From a virus: a DNA stretch of 43,027 bases. The stretch lies in IMG/VR virus record IMGVR_UViG_3300032080_000009, positions 1-43,027 of that record. One strand, 5' to 3'. Position numbers and translations under genes: made by a program. How positions within the stretch are numbered: position 1 is the stretch's first letter; each line of letters starts with the position of its first letter. The notes below the pieces were generated by a model. It was not told the DNA's origin. It searched no databases and saw only the letters and a list, made by a program, of their open reading frames with translations. Of the stretch, positions 42,897 through 43,027 are shown piece after piece.

Positions 42897-43027
42897 TGAA
42901 CGGTCGCTGCGGGGCGTGCGGGTACTTCGCCGAGACGCACGACGTCGACGGCAAGTGCCACCCGGCGACCGGCGACAAGAACGGCCGCCGGGGCACGTTC
43001 CGGCCGGCACCCGGGCCCGATCCCGAC
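42896..43027 (+). CDS. 5' part of the junction-spanning gene (continues at base 2)
   Basis: ATG 42896 overlaps the preceding TGA. The same frame runs on into 2..556. Confidence 0.65.
   Translation, partial: MNGRCGACGYFAETHDVDGKCHPATGDKNGRRGTFRPAPGPDPD
42901..43027. repeat. second copy of the 127-bp end duplication
   Basis: Identical to 1-127. Confidence 0.97.

Noticed and set aside
1-43027. Lysogeny functions (integrase, attP, CI-like repressor, ParABS) and tRNA genes
   Set aside because: No tyrosine or serine recombinase motifs, partition ATPase or cloverleaf-like sequence was recognised in any frame or intergenic gap. The HTH and RHH-like proteins alone do not establish a temperate lifestyle. 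A tRNA scan was not run, so absence is by eye only.

Overview
The window is a complete, circularly closed genome of about 42.9 kb from a very GC-rich, siphovirus-type actinobacteriophage. Bases 1-127 are repeated exactly at 42901-43027, and one gene reads through that junction. There are three transcription blocks. (1) Plus strand, about 1-25265: two HNH endonucleases flank an AT-richer gap that may hold cos. They are followed by small and large terminase, portal, MuF-like protein, scaffold and major capsid. Next come a 901-aa protein with about 20 tandem 20-aa repeats, head-tail connector genes interrupted by two glycosyltransferases and an Lsr2-domain gene, and the major tail protein. Then follow the tail chaperone with a -1 frameshift, tape measure, minor tail proteins, an M15 endolysin and a holin. 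(2) Minus strand, 25339-30606: a recombination-type module with a PD-(D/E)XK exonuclease and RusA. (3) Plus strand, 30689 to the end: a small regulator, primase-polymerase/SF3 helicase, C5 methyltransferase, HTH protein, SF2 helicase and many small unknown genes. No integrase, tRNA or CRISPR array was seen. The most notable non-genic signals are: (a) a dyad-symmetric iteron array around an AT-rich core plus a perfect DnaA box (34470-34813), which is a candidate origin; (b) a 61-aa leaderless gene bracketed by 29-bp inverted repeats; and (c) a recurrent CTGCTAnnnT extended -10-like motif placed 6-7 nt before ATG codons, implying many leaderless transcripts. All functions are inferred by eye from motifs and synteny. 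No searches were run.
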